DNA from: a bacterium
Lineage (GTDB): Bacteria; Zhuqueibacterota; Zhuqueibacteria; Oceanimicrobiales; Oceanimicrobiaceae
Length of the DNA stretch: 13,886 nucleotides
Reading direction: 5' to 3'
Assembly: GCA_046757165.1 (NCBI GenBank)
Contig: JBHHXT010000118.1
Location: forward strand, 1 to 13,886
How positions within the stretch are numbered: position 1 is the stretch's first letter; the number at the start of each line of letters is the position of its first letter. Below, piece after piece: positions 13,220 through 13,886 of this stretch. The position numbers and the translations under genes are program-made. Below the pieces are notes generated by a model. It saw only the letters and a program-made list of their open reading frames with translations, was not told the DNA's origin and made no database searches.

Positions 13220-13681
13220 ATGGACATTCGCAGTTTCTACCAGGCGCTCCAGGGCACCTGGGAAGGTACATATCATTTGTGGCTGAATCCAGCCAATCCG
13301 CCTGTAACTTCCAAAGCACAGGCCACGGTCAAGATGGTTGCAAATGCAGCCTATTGCCTGTTCATTTATCAATGGGCGCGGGGGGGAGCAGCTCATGAAG
13401 GCGTCTTCCTGCTGGGCGGCGCGGGGGATAAAGTGACCGCAACCTGGGCAGATAGTTTTCATAGTGCACCCGAGCCTATGCACTGCAAAGGGCGTTTGGA
13501 AAGTGGGCGGCAAAAGCTCGTTTTCGACGGCAAGTATTCAGGCGGTGCCGGTGAACCGGATTGGGGATGGCGCACCGAGATTTCACTTCTGGAATCAGGG
13601 CAGTTGAGAATGGAAGCCTATAATATTTCTCCTGAGGGCCAGGAGGACATCGCCGTACGCTGCGAAATGAAGAAAAACTAA
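13220..13681 (+). CDS. DUF1579-like beta-barrel protein, 153 aa
   Basis: LQGTWEG, ATWADSFH, WGWRTEI and YNISPEGQE resemble DUF1579. ATG 13220 has a GAGGAG RBS and is preferred over the track TTG at 13127. Confidence 0.75.
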   Translation: MDIRSFYQALQGTWEGTYHLWLNPANPPVTSKAQATVKMVANAAYCLFIYQWARGGAAHEGVFLLGGAGDKVTATWADSFHSAPEPMHCKGRLESGRQKLVFDGKYSGGAGEPDWGWRTEISLLESGQLRMEAYNISPEGQEDIAVRCEMKKN

Positions 13682-13732
13682 ATGATGCAGATCATTCATT
13701 AATAATTGTTTCCAAAACAACTGGAGGAAAGA

Positions 13733-13886
13733 ATGATTCGATTTGCGCCTTTCTATTTAGCGTTTCTGTGTTTTCTTGGGCTTTGGGGTGTAGTTGTCAT
13801 AGAACTCCAAGCCAAGCCATCTCAAAAGAAGATCTCTTCAAACGAAGAGACCCGAACGAAAACCGCAAAAGCTTTCTATGCAAAAT
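13733..13886 (+). CDS. 5' part of a predicted secreted or membrane-anchored protein (runs off the window)
   Basis: GGAGG RBS, then ATG 13733 and an open frame MIRFAPFYLAFLCFLGLWGVVVIELQAKPSQKKISSNEETRTKTAKAFYAK with a hydrophobic N-terminus. Confidence 0.6.
   Translation, partial: MIRFAPFYLAFLCFLGLWGVVVIELQAKPSQKKISSNEETRTKTAKAFYAK

Overview
Bacterial chromosomal window with about 12 genes. Left arm (minus strand): a CcsA/HemX-family membrane protein gene lies 7 nt upstream of an unusual chimeric gene, in which a catalytically degenerate glutamyl-tRNA reductase (HemA)-like region is fused to a complete sigma-54 enhancer-binding protein (AAA+ with GAFTGA, Fis-type HTH). A Rieske ferredoxin gene follows. 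Divergent from this operon are a candidate -24/-12 promoter and upstream palindrome, then a SAM-methyltransferase-like gene and a degenerate-nucleotidyltransferase/CDP-alcohol phosphotransferase gene (probably CTG-initiated), converging on a Wzx-like flippase. Right arm: an acetolactate-synthase-like ThDP enzyme, an aldehyde dehydrogenase, a peroxiredoxin-like gene with an in-frame TGA at the redox Cys position plus a SECIS-like hairpin (probable selenoprotein, split in two by the ORF track), a cupin, a stand-alone Cache-domain lipoprotein, a DUF1579-like protein and a truncated secreted-protein ORF. Intergenic regions hold a REP-like palindromic element, two heptamer-built inverted-repeat elements, a five-hairpin structured region and several perfect operator-like palindromes. 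The best candidate for an undescribed system is the HemX/CcsA plus pseudo-HemA::sigma-54 activator module. All family assignments are from motif recognition by eye; no searches were run.
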